DNA of 63,723 nt, filler included, from Folioceros fuciformis (taxonomy: Eukaryota): the NCBI GenBank assembly GCA_049999805.1. It is 23 parts of 23 records of this genome, joined end to end, with 100 filler letters (N's around TTAATTAATTAA, not from the genome) between each part and the next. Parts side by side here need not be neighbours in the genome. Positions count along the whole stretch, not along the records: positions 36,689 to 39,886 come from JBNGIO010002769.1; positions 39,987 to 42,742 come from JBNGIO010002770.1; positions 42,843 to 52,911 come from JBNGIO010002771.1; 20 more parts are not named here. The stretch is one strand, 5' to 3'. Positions 37,213 through 49,521 of this stretch are shown in pieces. The notes below the pieces were generated by a model, which saw nothing but the letters and a program-made list of their open reading frames with translations, had not been told where the DNA came from and ran no database searches. Within the stretch, counting starts at the first letter, position 1, and every line of letters starts with the position of its first letter. The position numbers were made by a program, and so were the translations under genes.

Positions 37213-39761
37213 AACTCGATTGAGCCCTCGATAGTCTATGCACAACCGCCATCCTCCATCTGGTTTGGCAACTAAGAGGACTGGAGCACCAAAGGGTGAC
37301 ACAAAAGGTTGTACAAAACTCATCAACCTGTTTTTTGATCTCTTCGTTTTCCATTGTAGATGTCTTGTAGGGCTGGATACTAACCGGTTTGTGGCCTGGC
37401 AGCAACTCAATGGCATGGTCCACGGTTCTTCGAGGAGGGAGCTCCGTGGGTTCAGCAAACACATCTTGATACTCCTGGAGCAGGTCCTTCATGGGCTGTG
37501 GGAGCTGGTCCTCGTGAACCTTGGCTTCTGCGGCCCTTGACTTCGCAGTGCCTTCTAAGGGAAGCACCTTCTTGATCTTTGCTATGGACAGGAATCTGTC
37601 CATGGCAGTTGCTTTATTGAGAGCAGAGACAACAAACAATTGCTTGTCAGGGAGGTACTGTTCCCCCTGCATGACGTATGTCTGATGGTCTTGCAGGAGG
37701 TGAACAACGTTTTCCTTTCAGTCTACCTCCAGTTGATTCGAGTGACTAGCTAACCAAGGCTTGCCTATGATCAGGTTGTGGCAGAGCGAGGGCATCACGA
37801 TCAGCTTAAGAACCTCCTTGAACCCTCCTGGAAAGGTAAGCTATGCTTCTGTCCACTATTCTCTACTTGTCTCCTTCTCGCCTAGGGCTGTGATCACTGT
37901 GGAGACCTAACCTGTGTCCTTGACAGACAGGCCAGCTCTTTCTACAGCTGCCTTGAACACATAATGATGACTGGCCCCAGAGTCAAGCAACCCTGTGGCC
38001 CGGATTTCGGCCAACGACACCTCAAGTTTGATAGGTATGTGAGCTAACTAGCATGCAGTAACTGATCCAAGTTTACTTGCAGGATCAAGGATGGCCGCAG
38101 CTAGAGTGGGTTCACTAACCTCTGCAAGGGTTATGGCGTGTCCACTCTTGACAGAGGTTGGGGAGACGCCGCTCCTAGTGGACTTGCCTGTCTCCTTTAG
38201 CCAGCTTATGATGTCCCTCCTGAAAGGGCATGATTTCGAACCATGTCCGGAGGCTGAGCAGGTAAAGCACTTGCTGGCCTTCTTGTAGTCTTCCTTCTCT
38301 TCCTTCGTGAGGATTTTGAAGGTGGGCTTCTTCTCTGTGGCGTTGGCAGACTTGCTCCACTTGGGCTTGGGAGGGCTTGTTGAGGAAAGATGCTTGTACT
38401 TGTTGGTGCCGTAGTTGATGGCCATCTTTATGGCCTCTACCATGGTTGTGGGGTTCATCTGGTTCACGTCTACCCACATCTCGAACTTTAACCCGTCGAT
38501 GAACTTCTCAATTTTCTGTTCCTTATCCAACCTAGGCATGTCCAGAGTAAGTTGTAAGAAGTTGTCACAGTACTCTTGAATTGTGCCTTGTTGGAAGATC
38601 TTCCTGAACTGCTGATACAGGTCCTTGCGGTGGTTCACTGGCAGGAACTATTCGACGAAGATTTGTCGAAAGACTGGCCAAGAGTAGATCGGGGACTCCA
38701 TGCCGAGGTCGACCTGTTTCTCCCGCTGGCGCCACCAACGGTATGCATACCCCTCCAATGACATGACGCAGAACTGGATCTTCTGCAAGTCATCTTTGTC
38801 AGAGGCAGCAAGATACTTGTCAATTTTGTCTAACCAGTCGTGGACGCCCTGGGCATCCTTGGCTCCTCCATCGAAGGTAGTTGTCTTGATTTTTCGGTGG
38901 AGCTCCTTGTCCAGCTGAGGCCTGGGTTTGAACAAGTAGTCCTCACCTTCTTGTGCTTTGCTGTTAGTTCTTCCCCGTTGGTTCTCCTAGTGTTCATACC
39001 TCATCAGCTATAGGCGCCTGACCATGGCCTTGAGGTCCTTGTTATCCTTCTCACCAGGTAAGAGTTCCACGACTAACCTCTTCAGTTCCTCCTCTACTGT
39101 GCTCAAGTCACTTTCGCTAGGAATGGTTGGCGTGGCCCTTGCTTCCTTCCTACCCTCAGAAGCCTGACCCAGGGGTGCCAAGGGAGTCGAATGGTGTGTG
39201 CCCTCAGCTGACTCAGTGGGCCTGGATGTCTTATGGCAGGGTGAGAGTGGCGAGGGTCCTGGGGGTGATATCTGCTCCAGCATCTTGAGCACACCCTCAA
39301 GCTGCCTTTCCAGCCGTGTCTGGCAAGGCTGGGAGACCCACCCACAAAAAGTGCCGCTTGATTTTAGATTGCATGATCGTACTCCCAGGAGACCAGGCCT
39401 CCACCAACATCGCGATAGATCCTCGAAATGACATTGTTGTTTGCAAGAGAGCCTGGGCTCCAGCTGCCTCATCACACTTAATTTGGAAAGGACCATATGC
39501 TTTCAAGAAGACATACGTTGGGGGGCAGCCCGTAGCTTGTGTCACCCAGTCCTCCAATTCGTCCACGGTGGGAGGACCTCCCGATAGAAGCCGCCCCACG
39601 ACCGAACTGGTATCAAGATTGTCTTCCTCTTTTTGAAAATAGCGCGCTTCGGTGAGAACGTCCGCCAAAGGACCGAGCTGTAAACTTGAGCCCTCTTTTG
39701 CTAAACCTGAGGCATAATCTTGAGAAGAGTCCGCCCGTACCTGATCTTGCGCATAGTCCAT
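37213..39761 (-). mobile_element. Ty3/gypsy gag-protease-start of RT, with N-terminal DUF4283-like domain
   Basis: TFDGG..WLDK..AYRWW capsid; CFTCSASGHGSKSC knuckle; LLDSGASHHYV protease; [13 protein letters not shown] and [29 protein letters not shown]. Confidence 0.93.
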
Positions 39762-39986
39762 CTCAGGTGTCCATACCTGCGGTCATCCTCTGTAGCGGCT
39801 TTTGTCCGGCCAACGTTAAGAGGATTAGACTCCGTCACCACCGCATTTTTCCCCCGCACCTTCTGTTTATTAGGACACAAACCGACNNNNNNNNNNNNNN
39901 NNNNNNNNNNNNNNNNNNNNNNNNNNNNNNTTAATTAATTAANNNNNNNNNNNNNNNNNNNNNNNNNNNNNNNNNNNNNNNNNNNN

Positions 39987-40070
39987 CCAATGTCTCAACG
40001 ACAGTGGGATAAGTGTGGCCACTAAAGGTGGAACCCGTTGGCAATCAGTGCCCGGGGTTTTGCCTCCACA
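39987..40070 (+). mobile_element. Element terminus type A
   Basis: Matches 53404-53487. Confidence 0.9.
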
Positions 40071-41149
40071 CACCTGTTACCCAAGTTTGTATAGATATGC
40101 TCCATCGCGTTTCTTTAAAGGCAAAGGTGTCGGCGCAACCCTGTACATGCACATTGTGAAGCTTTCAGCTCAGCTCTCAGTCTCACACTTGACCCGTGTT
40201 AGAGAAGGCAAAGAGGAGACGTCCGAATCCATAATCCAACAAGTGGGAGTGAAGGAGTATTGATGTTGGCATAATGAGATTATGGTTATATAATATCCAA
40301 TTTCATATAGTGTGTATAGACTTAACATATCTTACCTCTTCCCTAGGGTTACGACTGTTAGTAATAGTTACACCCATTCATAAACAGTTAAGTTCAAGTT
40401 TCAATGTTTCGTGTTACTCTCACATATAAATATACACAATGTTATTTTATAATAAATCTACATCTATATGTAATTTCTTAGTTGTGCTCTTGGTTTTCTC
40501 CTCGCCGTTGCCTGGTACTTGCAAGCCGTCGTGTACGCAGATGGTGCCTTCAGTGCTATCCTTTTCATGCCGCCAGGCTCACGGCGCACCACTTATGTGA
40601 TCATTTCCGATATGCCCAGCTTAGTCACGTATGTCATGTCCCATGAGTTCTCGCCGGGTGCCTAGTCGAGTTATGGCCTAATGAGCTAGTGAGTTTTCAG
40701 ACATGGTTTCTCATGGGTTTCCTACCTACGTATCATATGCGGGTTTTCTACGAGGTTTCTTACCTGGTGTTTTAGCCTAATTACCTTGCTACGTTTAACC
40801 AACTGTATATGCCAGCTTAAATGTCTCTTATGCACCTTGGCGCCCAGTTATTATCACGACATACATACATACTATGGCCGTAGGTCATCCATATAAGTCT
40901 TATCATTTATAAACTTGACAAACTCCCTTCCTCACAAGGATAGGGAAAAACACTCTAAGTCTGCTAGACAATATCGGCCCTGAAAACATTCGTGGATCAC
41001 GAGATGTGCCAAGCTAACACACAAAAAGCATACATTGATAATGATGGAAAGACACAAATAGGAGTAACCCGTAAAACGGTTACAATGGTTCATAGCTATT
41101 CTTAAATAACTAAACTAAATAACCTACTTGGTATAACGTAATGTACTGT

Positions 41150-41185
41150 ATATGTTAAACCATAAAACTCTAACACTCCCACTCA
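41150..41185 (-). mobile_element. PPT and start of 3' LTR of the copia at 42290-42742
   Basis: Minus strand TGAGTGGGAG followed by TGTTAGAG at 41175; far end of the LTR not resolved. Confidence 0.65.
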
Positions 41186-41261
41186 TTAGTTATACGATGA
41201 TAACACTAAACGAAATTAGGATGAACGAATATTTATTATGTAGGCCCCAATATCTATACGC

Positions 41262-42038
41262 GTGAATGCCCTCAGTCTCCAGCTCATGTACTGGATTCAC
41301 TCAGACCGCTTATGTCACCTCGTCTTCCTTGTGAACTTAGGACACTCTCGATTAAGGCCGCTACAGCCACGCTTGCCGTTTGTTGCTGAACCCACGGCAG
41401 GAATAGCTGGAGCTCCCATTGCCTTATCTGCTTCTGAAGAGACGGAATACCAGAGTGTTGAGGGGAAGTTGCGAGACGGTGCTGAATCTGTTCAGAGTGC
41501 TCCTGCTCCTGTCCACGTAGCCTTGCGCCTTGTGTGTGATTGCCAGTCGCTTGTGCCACCCAGCAACCCAGTACACCTTGATACTGTGCAGGCATGGCCT
41601 GCTGCAAAGGCAAATGACTTCTACAACATAACTGTGTACTGGAAGAAGCGGGTGAAGGAAACGGGGAGCAGAGGGGACAGATTGGCACATGAAGTGGAGC
41701 ACCTGAAGAAGAGGACAGCTTTGGCAAAGAACAGCTCCTGCACTTATCCTGACGAGATGGAAGACAACATAAAACTGATGAAGATGGGTGAAGAAGGGGG
41801 AGGCGAGGTGATTGTTCCCTCAAACTTCAAACCCAAGGCCTACAAGTTGCCTATCGGTGACCTATACAAGACTGAGAGGCTGGTGACTGACCGGAATGGG
41901 GTTGACAACCCTCAGACTCCTGAAGTCTATTGTTGTATTTTAGTAGGGATCACCATAAATAGAGATAGATGGTATAGACAGGGCGGACATGGTGGGAATT
42001 TCATTTCATTCTATGGTAAGGACCTCCTGCACATCTAA
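41262..42038 (+). CDS. Antisense accessory ORF between copia RNase H and PPT; unknown function
   Basis: 258-codon open frame (first ATG 41286), opposite to pol and not overlapping it. Confidence 0.55.
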   Translation: MNALSLQLMYWIHSDRLCHLVFLVNLGHSRLRPLQPRLPFVAEPTAGIAGAPIALSASEETEYQSVEGKLRDGAESVQSAPAPVHVALRLVCDCQSLVPPSNPVHLDTVQAWPAAKANDFYNITVYWKKRVKETGSRGDRLAHEVEHLKKRTALAKNSSCTYPDEMEDNIKLMKMGEEGGGEVIVPSNFKPKAYKLPIGDLYKTERLVTDRNGVDNPQTPEVYCCILVGITINRDRWYRQGGHGGNFISFYGKDLLHI

Positions 42039-42289
42039 TTTAGCTCCCACTATTTGTGTGGTTTGAGAAGTGCTAGAACTAGCCCTGACTTTGTAACACA
42101 TGTACGCAGGGTCTGAGAAGAGGATGTACGGGGAGTCTGACATGGACTGGGGCCACAGGGACAGCAATGAAGACATAGCTTACGCAGAAACATAAACAAC
42201 AATCTACCTACCCATCAAGCTCCAACGAAGATGGCAACGACTAGCCCTCTAGGAACAGACTATGCTTTCATATGCTGAACTTATCCTTC

Positions 42290-42742
42290 TCATGACTGAC
42301 TGCTGGACATGGTTATGTGACCAGACTCTAAGACTCCAAGTAATTCCTTGAAACGGAAATGTTTTGCTCTGGCTAAGGACTTGGTAAGTATATCTGCTAC
42401 GTTTGCATCTGTTGGGATATATTCAAGCTTGATCTGACCTGAACTAACAGCGTCCCTGATAAAATGATGATGCACCTCGATATGTTTGGTCCTCGCGTGG
42501 AAAACAGGATTATGTGCCAAAGCCAATGCAGACTGATTGTCGTAGTAGATAGTTTTGGGTTCATGTTGAACTTGGCCCACATCTTCAAGCAGTCTCCTTA
42601 GCCAAATTGCTTTCTTGGCTGCTTGAGTTAAAGCTGAATACTCAGCTTCTGTTGATGACAATGACACAGTGGATTGTTTCTTCGAGGACCAGGTTACTGC
42701 ACCACCAGCTAACAAGAAGGCATAGGCTGACACAGACTTCCT
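42290..42742 (-). mobile_element. Ty1/copia RNase H
   Basis: [43 protein letters not shown]. Confidence 0.95.
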
Positions 42743-42842
42743 NNNNNNNNNNNNNNNNNNNNNNNNNNNNNNNNNNNNNNNNNNNNTTAATTAATTAANN
42801 NNNNNNNNNNNNNNNNNNNNNNNNNNNNNNNNNNNNNNNNNN

Positions 42843-45554
42843 CAATGAGTGTAGAAAAAAGAAGGCTGGAGAGCCTCGTAAACCATCCCGACCTACTACC
42901 AATATTGTAGTTAATGACAAGCCTGTAGAATCCAACAAGCCAGTGGTTAAAAGCTAGTCATTCTCTAACCTATTCTCTGAATAGGTATCATTCACCAACT
43001 AATTATGCCCTATACGCAACAGCAAAATGGTGTCGCCGAATGCAAAAACTAGAACTTGATGGGAATGACGCGTGCTATGTTGTTGTGGTCAGGCCTCCCG
43101 TCGCCATACTGGGCAGAAGCCATAGTCACTGCTACTTACATCCTTAACAGATTGCCCACAAGTTCTCTTGTTGATAAGACTCCTTTTGAGATTTTCTGGA
43201 AGCAGAAGCCCAGCCTTCTTCATCTCAGACTCTTTGGCTCAAAAGCCTATGCTTATGTTCCTGCAGAGAAACGTAGGAAATTAGACAACTGATCAAGACA
43301 ATTAGTTTTTGTTGGCTACAATGAAACTGTGAAAGCCTACAAGCTCATTGACCTTGCTACCCTACAACCAGTTCTGGCACATTGTCACTTTCCTATAGTC
43401 TTTGCAATTTTCTCACAGTGCTATTCAGCATGATTCCCTTAAGCAACCATCCACTCCATAAGAAGCCAGTGATGTAGAAGGCTCTATAGGTCTCCTGTCC
43501 TTATATCCTGTGGATGCTGACGGGCCAGCCATGCTTGTCCTTGACTTACCAGCAGGGAACCAGAACCAAAATCACTTTGAACTTGTTGGCGTCATCCCTG
43601 CCTAGCATTTACTTGCTGCTTATGTGGACCAGGATCTTGCACAACCCGTTGCAGCAGAAGAACTGATCTTAGATCCTGATCCATATGGGTTCAATGGCTT
43701 ATTTGCATATGCAGATATGGACATTGAAAACACTCCAGAAAATTTGCCAACTGACTTACCAACTGCTGATGACTGTATATACTTGCCCTTGCTATTGCCC
43801 TTGACCCTCCTCAAGATGAAGCTACTAGACTCCGTCGTTCTTCTCGTCACAGACCTCCACCTTCCAACTAAAGGGAACCTCCATATGGCAGCATAGACTT
43901 TCAACGACACACAGCTTCAACTGTCTCCTCCCCTCTAGCAGTTTCTCTTGAACCAGCTACTCTTATTGAGGCCTTGACAGGCCTAGACAAAGCTAAATGG
44001 AAATTTGCTATCGATGATGAGTATAATAGCCTCATCAAAAATGGCACTTGGCGCCTGGTTCCTTGGCTTGCAAACATGAAGGCTATCACCTGTAAATAGG
44101 TGTTTAAAAATAAGCTGAATGCTAAAGGGCACATAGCTTGTTACAAAGCAAGATTGTGTGCCACGGGATTTACCCAAATTGCTGGTTTAGATTACCAGGA
44201 GACTTTTTCTCCAGTGGTGCGTGCTCAGTCCATCCGCATTATCTTGGCCCTCGCTGCTGAGTATGACTTGAGTTGCAGCAGATGGATGTCTGCACGGCTT
44301 TCCTCCATGGGATTCTTGAGGAGGAGCTGTACATGGAGCAACCGAAAGGGTATGTTGATCCTACACATCCAGACCACGTTTGCTTACTCATCAAGTGCCT
44401 ATATGGATTAAAGAAGAGTGCAGAGTGCAGAGCGCTGGTATAAGAAGTGTGACATAGCCTTGAAAACCTTGGGTTTTGAACAGTGCAAAGCTCACTCCAA
44501 TGTGTACATCTTCCGAGATGGCACCACCTATGTCATTCTAGGTCTCTACATGGGTGACGTGATCCTTGCTTCCAGTAACCCAAATATCCTGTGACATGTA
44601 AAGGATATGTTAAGGAAGACGTTTGAAATGACAAATAGTGGCGATCTACTTTTCTGCCTGGGGATACAAGTACTTTGAGTTAGATTGGAGGGGCTTCTCA
44701 TTATCCATCAACACAAATATGTTGCTAAGATATTACACAAATTTAACATGGGACAAGCTCATCCCTCTTCTACTCCAGGCTGTGTAGGAGCTAAGCTTAC
44801 CACATATGAGTGTCCTGTGATAGGTGCTGATCGCTTGGAAATGCAGGATGTTCCCTATCGCAAGGCCGTTGGCTGTTTGCTTTTTGTTAGCAATTGCACG
44901 CGCCCTGACATCCAACATTCAGTCAGTACAGTGTCCCAATTTTTGGATAACCCTGGTCGTGCTCACTGGACTACCGTGAAACGTATTCTGCGTTACCCCA
45001 AAGGCTCGCCTTATATTGGGCTCTGCTATCGACGAGGAGGACACCAGACCACTCCGCTTACTCTTGAAGGATATACCGACGCTAATTGGGCCTCGGATAG
45101 TGACTCCCGTAAGAGTTTTTCCACGTATGCTTTTCTCCTCACTGAGGCTTCCGTCAACTCGAGCTGCAAGGAGCAGATCAGTATCGCCCTGTCAAGCACT
45201 GAAGCTGAGTACAAATCCCTTACAGATGCTACTAAGGAAGTGGAATGGGAGCGGTCTTTCTTACATGACCTTGGACGAACACAGGATGGTCCTACTCACC
45301 TCTATTGTGACAATCAATCTGCCATCGCCCTTGTTGCCAACTCCTGATTCCACGCTCAAACGAAACATATTGAAGTCCATCACCATTATGTTAGAGATAC
45401 TGCTGCAAGGGGGTTAGTTAAAATTCTCTATGTGCCTACTGAGAATAACACAGCAGACATCCTAACAAAGGCCCTACCAAAGGACAAGCACCAGAAGCAC
45501 ATGCAAGCACTTGGGCTGGTGAACTTTCAGCCCTATTTCAAACCTGCAAATTAA
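42843..45554 (+). mobile_element. Degenerate Ty1/copia (gag remnant, deleted INT, RT, RNase H); related to 20769-22956
   Basis: [50 protein letters not shown]. Confidence 0.93.
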
Positions 45555-46261
45555 CATATTGCAAACAGGACTTACGGGTGAGGCTCGAGTCCTCAGTATT
45601 GTGGAGTATAGTTCTTCCTTCCGTGCTCTTATGTACCTATCGTCAGGCGACAGGGAGGGTTAGCCACCACAACACAACAACAGTCTGAACAATCTGGAAG
45701 CAACTGTCTGAAACATAGGTCCGGTGGATGAAGCTCGACGTTAACCTAATCACCTGCATTGGTTTCCCCCGACTACTATCTCTTCTTCTTGCAGTATCTT
45801 CAGCAATCCAAGTAATCTATGTGCCTCCTGTAGCGGCCTAATCAAGCGGGTTTCGTCCAGCACAAGGTCACGTTGAACAGCACTTTCCAACCGCCAACCC
45901 TTAAGCTGGTCTCCACCACATGGGTTTCACCCCACTCTTCCTCTGCTGGTGGACGCTTAGCAGGGTGAGCTCTCCTAGCCCCGCTGCTACTCTTATTCCA
46001 CTTCGATGAACGACTCCCATGCATTGTATATAGCAATATTGCCCTTACGATTTGGGTGCACAGGAAGATGGCTATGAGGAGCGTTGCGTAGGCTGATGCG
46101 AGATTTATTCTCTGCTCCATCTCCTTCCAGCTTACACGTCCTCTCTGAGTGATGAGTGTTGCTCATTACGCCTCGCGTGCCCATCTTCTCCTTGTGTTCG
46201 TCCTCACTTGCTTCGCTAGACCCGTGCTCGGTCTCCTCATAACTCCTAAGCTCGTCTCGCT

Positions 46262-46919
46262 TAAGGGAGGGTGTTCACGGGGTAACCTCACTCGCTTAGG
46301 GTTTACCTCTTGGTTAGTTAAGTTTAGTTTAATTATTCAAGGGACACTTTAGCGAAGGGGTGCCTAGCGTAGATATATACTCTCTTTACATGACTTTGTA
46401 TTATTATTGTTTTATTCTATTGCCTTATGGTTGTTCATCTCCCTTGCTCTCCATTTATATCAAGATGTATCGGCTTGTGTGGTTGATGCTGACGCTGGAC
46501 CGTATGTCTCAAATGGTGGAGGGGCGATTGGAGCAATGCCTATTGGCGCAGAGCCACTTGAAGAGGATGGCGCATAAGCGCCCACACCAGTCGCACCCAG
46601 CTAAGAGCCAGAAGGTGCCTGCCCAAGTTGGTATCTGGGTTTCCGGCCATGGTGGATACACAGATTGGTAGCGTATAAAGGTAAGATTGTCATTTTTCTC
46701 AAGAGTCCTGTATTCCTGCGGAAAGGTTACATCTTCTCACGGGAAGGGGCGTAGATTTGAAGAGGTGCCTACAAAAGGTGCGAGTCTACAATCCCTGTGC
46801 AATGTAAGCATCTTCCAAATTCCTGTGCCACTTCGTGATAGTGAACGCGACCCTTCAAATCTCCCTCTTGTTGCACGCAGGTGCGTTAAGCTGGGAGATG
46901 GTGAAATCGCATGCCAACA
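46262..46919 (+). mobile_element. PPT and probable 3' LTR
   Basis: TAAGGGAGGG followed by TGTT at 46272; candidate AACA end at 46919. Confidence 0.6.
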
Positions 46920-47525
46920 TTAGAAAATGATGTTGTGATCACGCTCAGCAGATGACGGTGAGAGGCAGCCTGGGCATCATCGTCTTCCTAAACTTGATGG
47001 ATGCAGCCCTTCTTCCAATTGTTGTTACCAAGCCTAATGGAATATGGCTTGTTTGGGTGTAGGGTATGCTTGGCTTTGGCCGGTCTATTTCTAGCCATTT
47101 GCTGGCGCGAGTCTGTATGCAGGCGTGGGGGAAAAGTATCAATAGAGGAACATCTGGAGAGCAGGCCATGCCGTTTGAGGCGATCCCTTTCTCTGATGAA
47201 CCTCTTTATGATAAAGTTGTTATAGCTCCTACTTCCCGGTTGCTTGTTCCTGCGAGGCATTTTGTAATTTCGTGCGCCTTGTCTGCATGCTACCCAGCAG
47301 CAATGCAATGAAAGTCTTTTCCTTACACTCTACTTTTTATTGTTATCTATAGCTAATGTGGTCATGTAGGTGTTGAAGGATTGTCGGTCACATGAACCAA
47401 GGGCCATGCATGGGAAATGGTTATTGGGTTTTGTGCCCAATCAACTCTTGCACTACATGCATCTACCACATTAGATTTTGAAAACACAAAGTAGATTAGA
47501 TTAGGATAAGATATCAAAGCATGGG

Positions 47526-47537
47526 GCTCTGATACCA
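47526..47537 (-). promoter_or_regulatory. Primer binding site (tRNA-iMet) directly after an LTR end
   Basis: Minus strand ...TTGACA TGGTATCAGAGC; the LTR extends to higher coordinates from 47538. Confidence 0.9.
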
Positions 47538-48548
47538 TGTCAATTTGCTTAGAATCGCTGGGACAACATAACATAATTATTGCGGTCAAAGAGAATATCT
47601 TATATACATATGTCTTGTTATCTAAGTGACCTTTCGATAGCTATTTAACCCTAAGGAGTGGTTATATAAATAACCCTAAGTTATTCCAACTGGGACAAAA
47701 GTGCTCAAGATAGACAAGTCTTGAACTAGCTAAGAAACATGAGTACAAGATAAGAGTAGAGAGAGCACATCTTCCCATCTTCCCAAAAACGCCCTCGACA
47801 CACACACACACACACACGAAGGTCTCCAAGGCTAATAGATTGGTGCCTCTTTAAGCAACGGGAAGCAATGCATGTCACTTGGCCAAGTCACTAGGCACAT
47901 CATTGAAGGTGCCTAGGCCGATGATGTCCCCCAAAACCTATAGAAGGCATTTGGAAATTCCTTAAGCTCAACAACAAGGCTGAGAAGGGGGGCAATGATA
48001 GAAAGATGTACCCCAATTGCCTCTTAAAACAAAAGTAGAGAATCTTGACATTTATAAAAGCACGTTTGTCTGAGGTGATATTGTACCAACTATGCCCCTG
48101 TCTTATCAACATATCTAGCTCAAATTTGCTTTCATGTTTCCAACTTCTAAAGAAGCTAAGCTAAATTTCAAGTGTAGGGTGTGCTCTGTAATTTTCTACT
48201 CTTGCAATAATTAATTATACTTCTAGAGGTAATTACCGAATCATAATTATCATTTCGTCTACCATCAATACCTAGGAGTACCTACCACCAAAATTTAGGA
48301 GTACCAACCTATCAATATTATGCTCATATACTTTCTTATTTGAAAGTGTTTTTCCCTTCATTTAGGTTAGTCTTGGTCATCCTAGGTGGGCTTCCCTCCA
48401 TAGATCTTATTCTCAATGAAGACTATATCTTTATCTACAACATAAGTAACTGCGTATCCAAGCTCAACATGTAATTATTATGTTTCCATGAAAATACATA
48501 TTATTCAAATCTCATTTAAAGTACATTGTGTATATTTGTAACATATTT

Positions 48549-49478
48549 TCATGTCTCTCCTTTCAACCATGGATGATCCAATACATCCTTAGCTTTGGGG
48601 CGTAAAGAAGGAGCATCTTGCAACATTCTTAACATAAGATCTGATGCTAGGTTGGAAAAATATTTTCTAATTTGACCTAATCTTGAAGGTGATAAAACAC
48701 CTACATGTTGGAGAAGGTCGTTTTTAGTTGGGAATAAAGTTATATATGAACCACAGAGTATGCTATAAAGAAGTAACCCTAAGGTCCATATATCAACTTG
48801 AGATCCATAAGATTCTCCTTTCAAAATTTCAGGAGCCATTAGTTCTTGTGTGCCAATAATTCCCACACATGATTCGTCAGTCAAGATTGGACAGTGTATT
48901 GCAGATCGAAAATTAACTATGACTATGGAGGAGTTATTGTTTTCATTCAAAAAAAGAATATTTTTGTGTTTCAAGTCTCTATGTACAACACCATGAGTAT
49001 GGCATACATGAATGCCTGTTACAATCTCCTTAAAAACTCTCCGCACATTGTTCTCATCATATGTAAAAATCCTAGGAAATAAGGGTCCTCCCTTGTATAT
49101 ATTTGAGATCATGTGAATATGATATCTATCTTCAAATACTCCCTTTAAATCTATAATGTTGGGATGTTTTGGAAGAAATTCTTGAAGAGCACTCACCTCC
49201 CTTTGCAAATCTTGTGGTTCTAAGCCTAATATAAAGGCATCTTGCTTGTTAATAGTCTTGCAAGCTAGTTCCTTATGTGAGTTTTTGTCAATACAAAAAT
49301 AGATTTTGCTAAAAGTGCCTTCACGATATATCTTTTGTTGAAAAATATCGTATTTTCTTCTTACATGTGTTCTTAACACCTTAGGGTTATTTTCAAAGAC
49401 TTGCACTATTTTTGGATCAGGTGAAAAAGGATATATAGGAAAAGGAAATTTCTTGTACACGACAAAAGGAAACTTCAT
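48549..49478 (-). CDS. Intronless CDPK/CAMK-family kinase domain, probable pseudokinase or retrocopy
   Basis: LACKTINK, REV...LPKHPNI, HRDLKHKN, NFR in place of DFG, APE, DIWTLG, VLDHPW; no EF-hands. Confidence 0.85.
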   Translation of the reverse strand: MKFPFVVYKKFPFPIYPFSPDPKIVQVFENNPKVLRTHVRRKYDIFQQKIYREGTFSKIYFCIDKNSHKELACKTINKQDAFILGLEPQDLQREVSALQEFLPKHPNIIDLKGVFEDRYHIHMISNIYKGGPLFPRIFTYDENNVRRVFKEIVTGIHVCHTHGVVHRDLKHKNILFLNENNNSSIVIVNFRSAIHCPILTDESCVGIIGTQELMAPEILKGESYGSQVDIWTLGLLLYSILCGSYITLFPTKNDLLQHVGVLSPSRLGQIRKYFSNLASDLMLRMLQDAPSLRPKAKDVLDHPWLKGET

Positions 49479-49500
49479 TCTTGAATACTAGTTAGTAGGG

Positions 49501-49521
49501 ATATATATATATATATATATA
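49501..49521. repeat. (AT)n microsatellite
   Basis: About 10 AT units just upstream of the kinase ATG. Confidence 0.9.
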
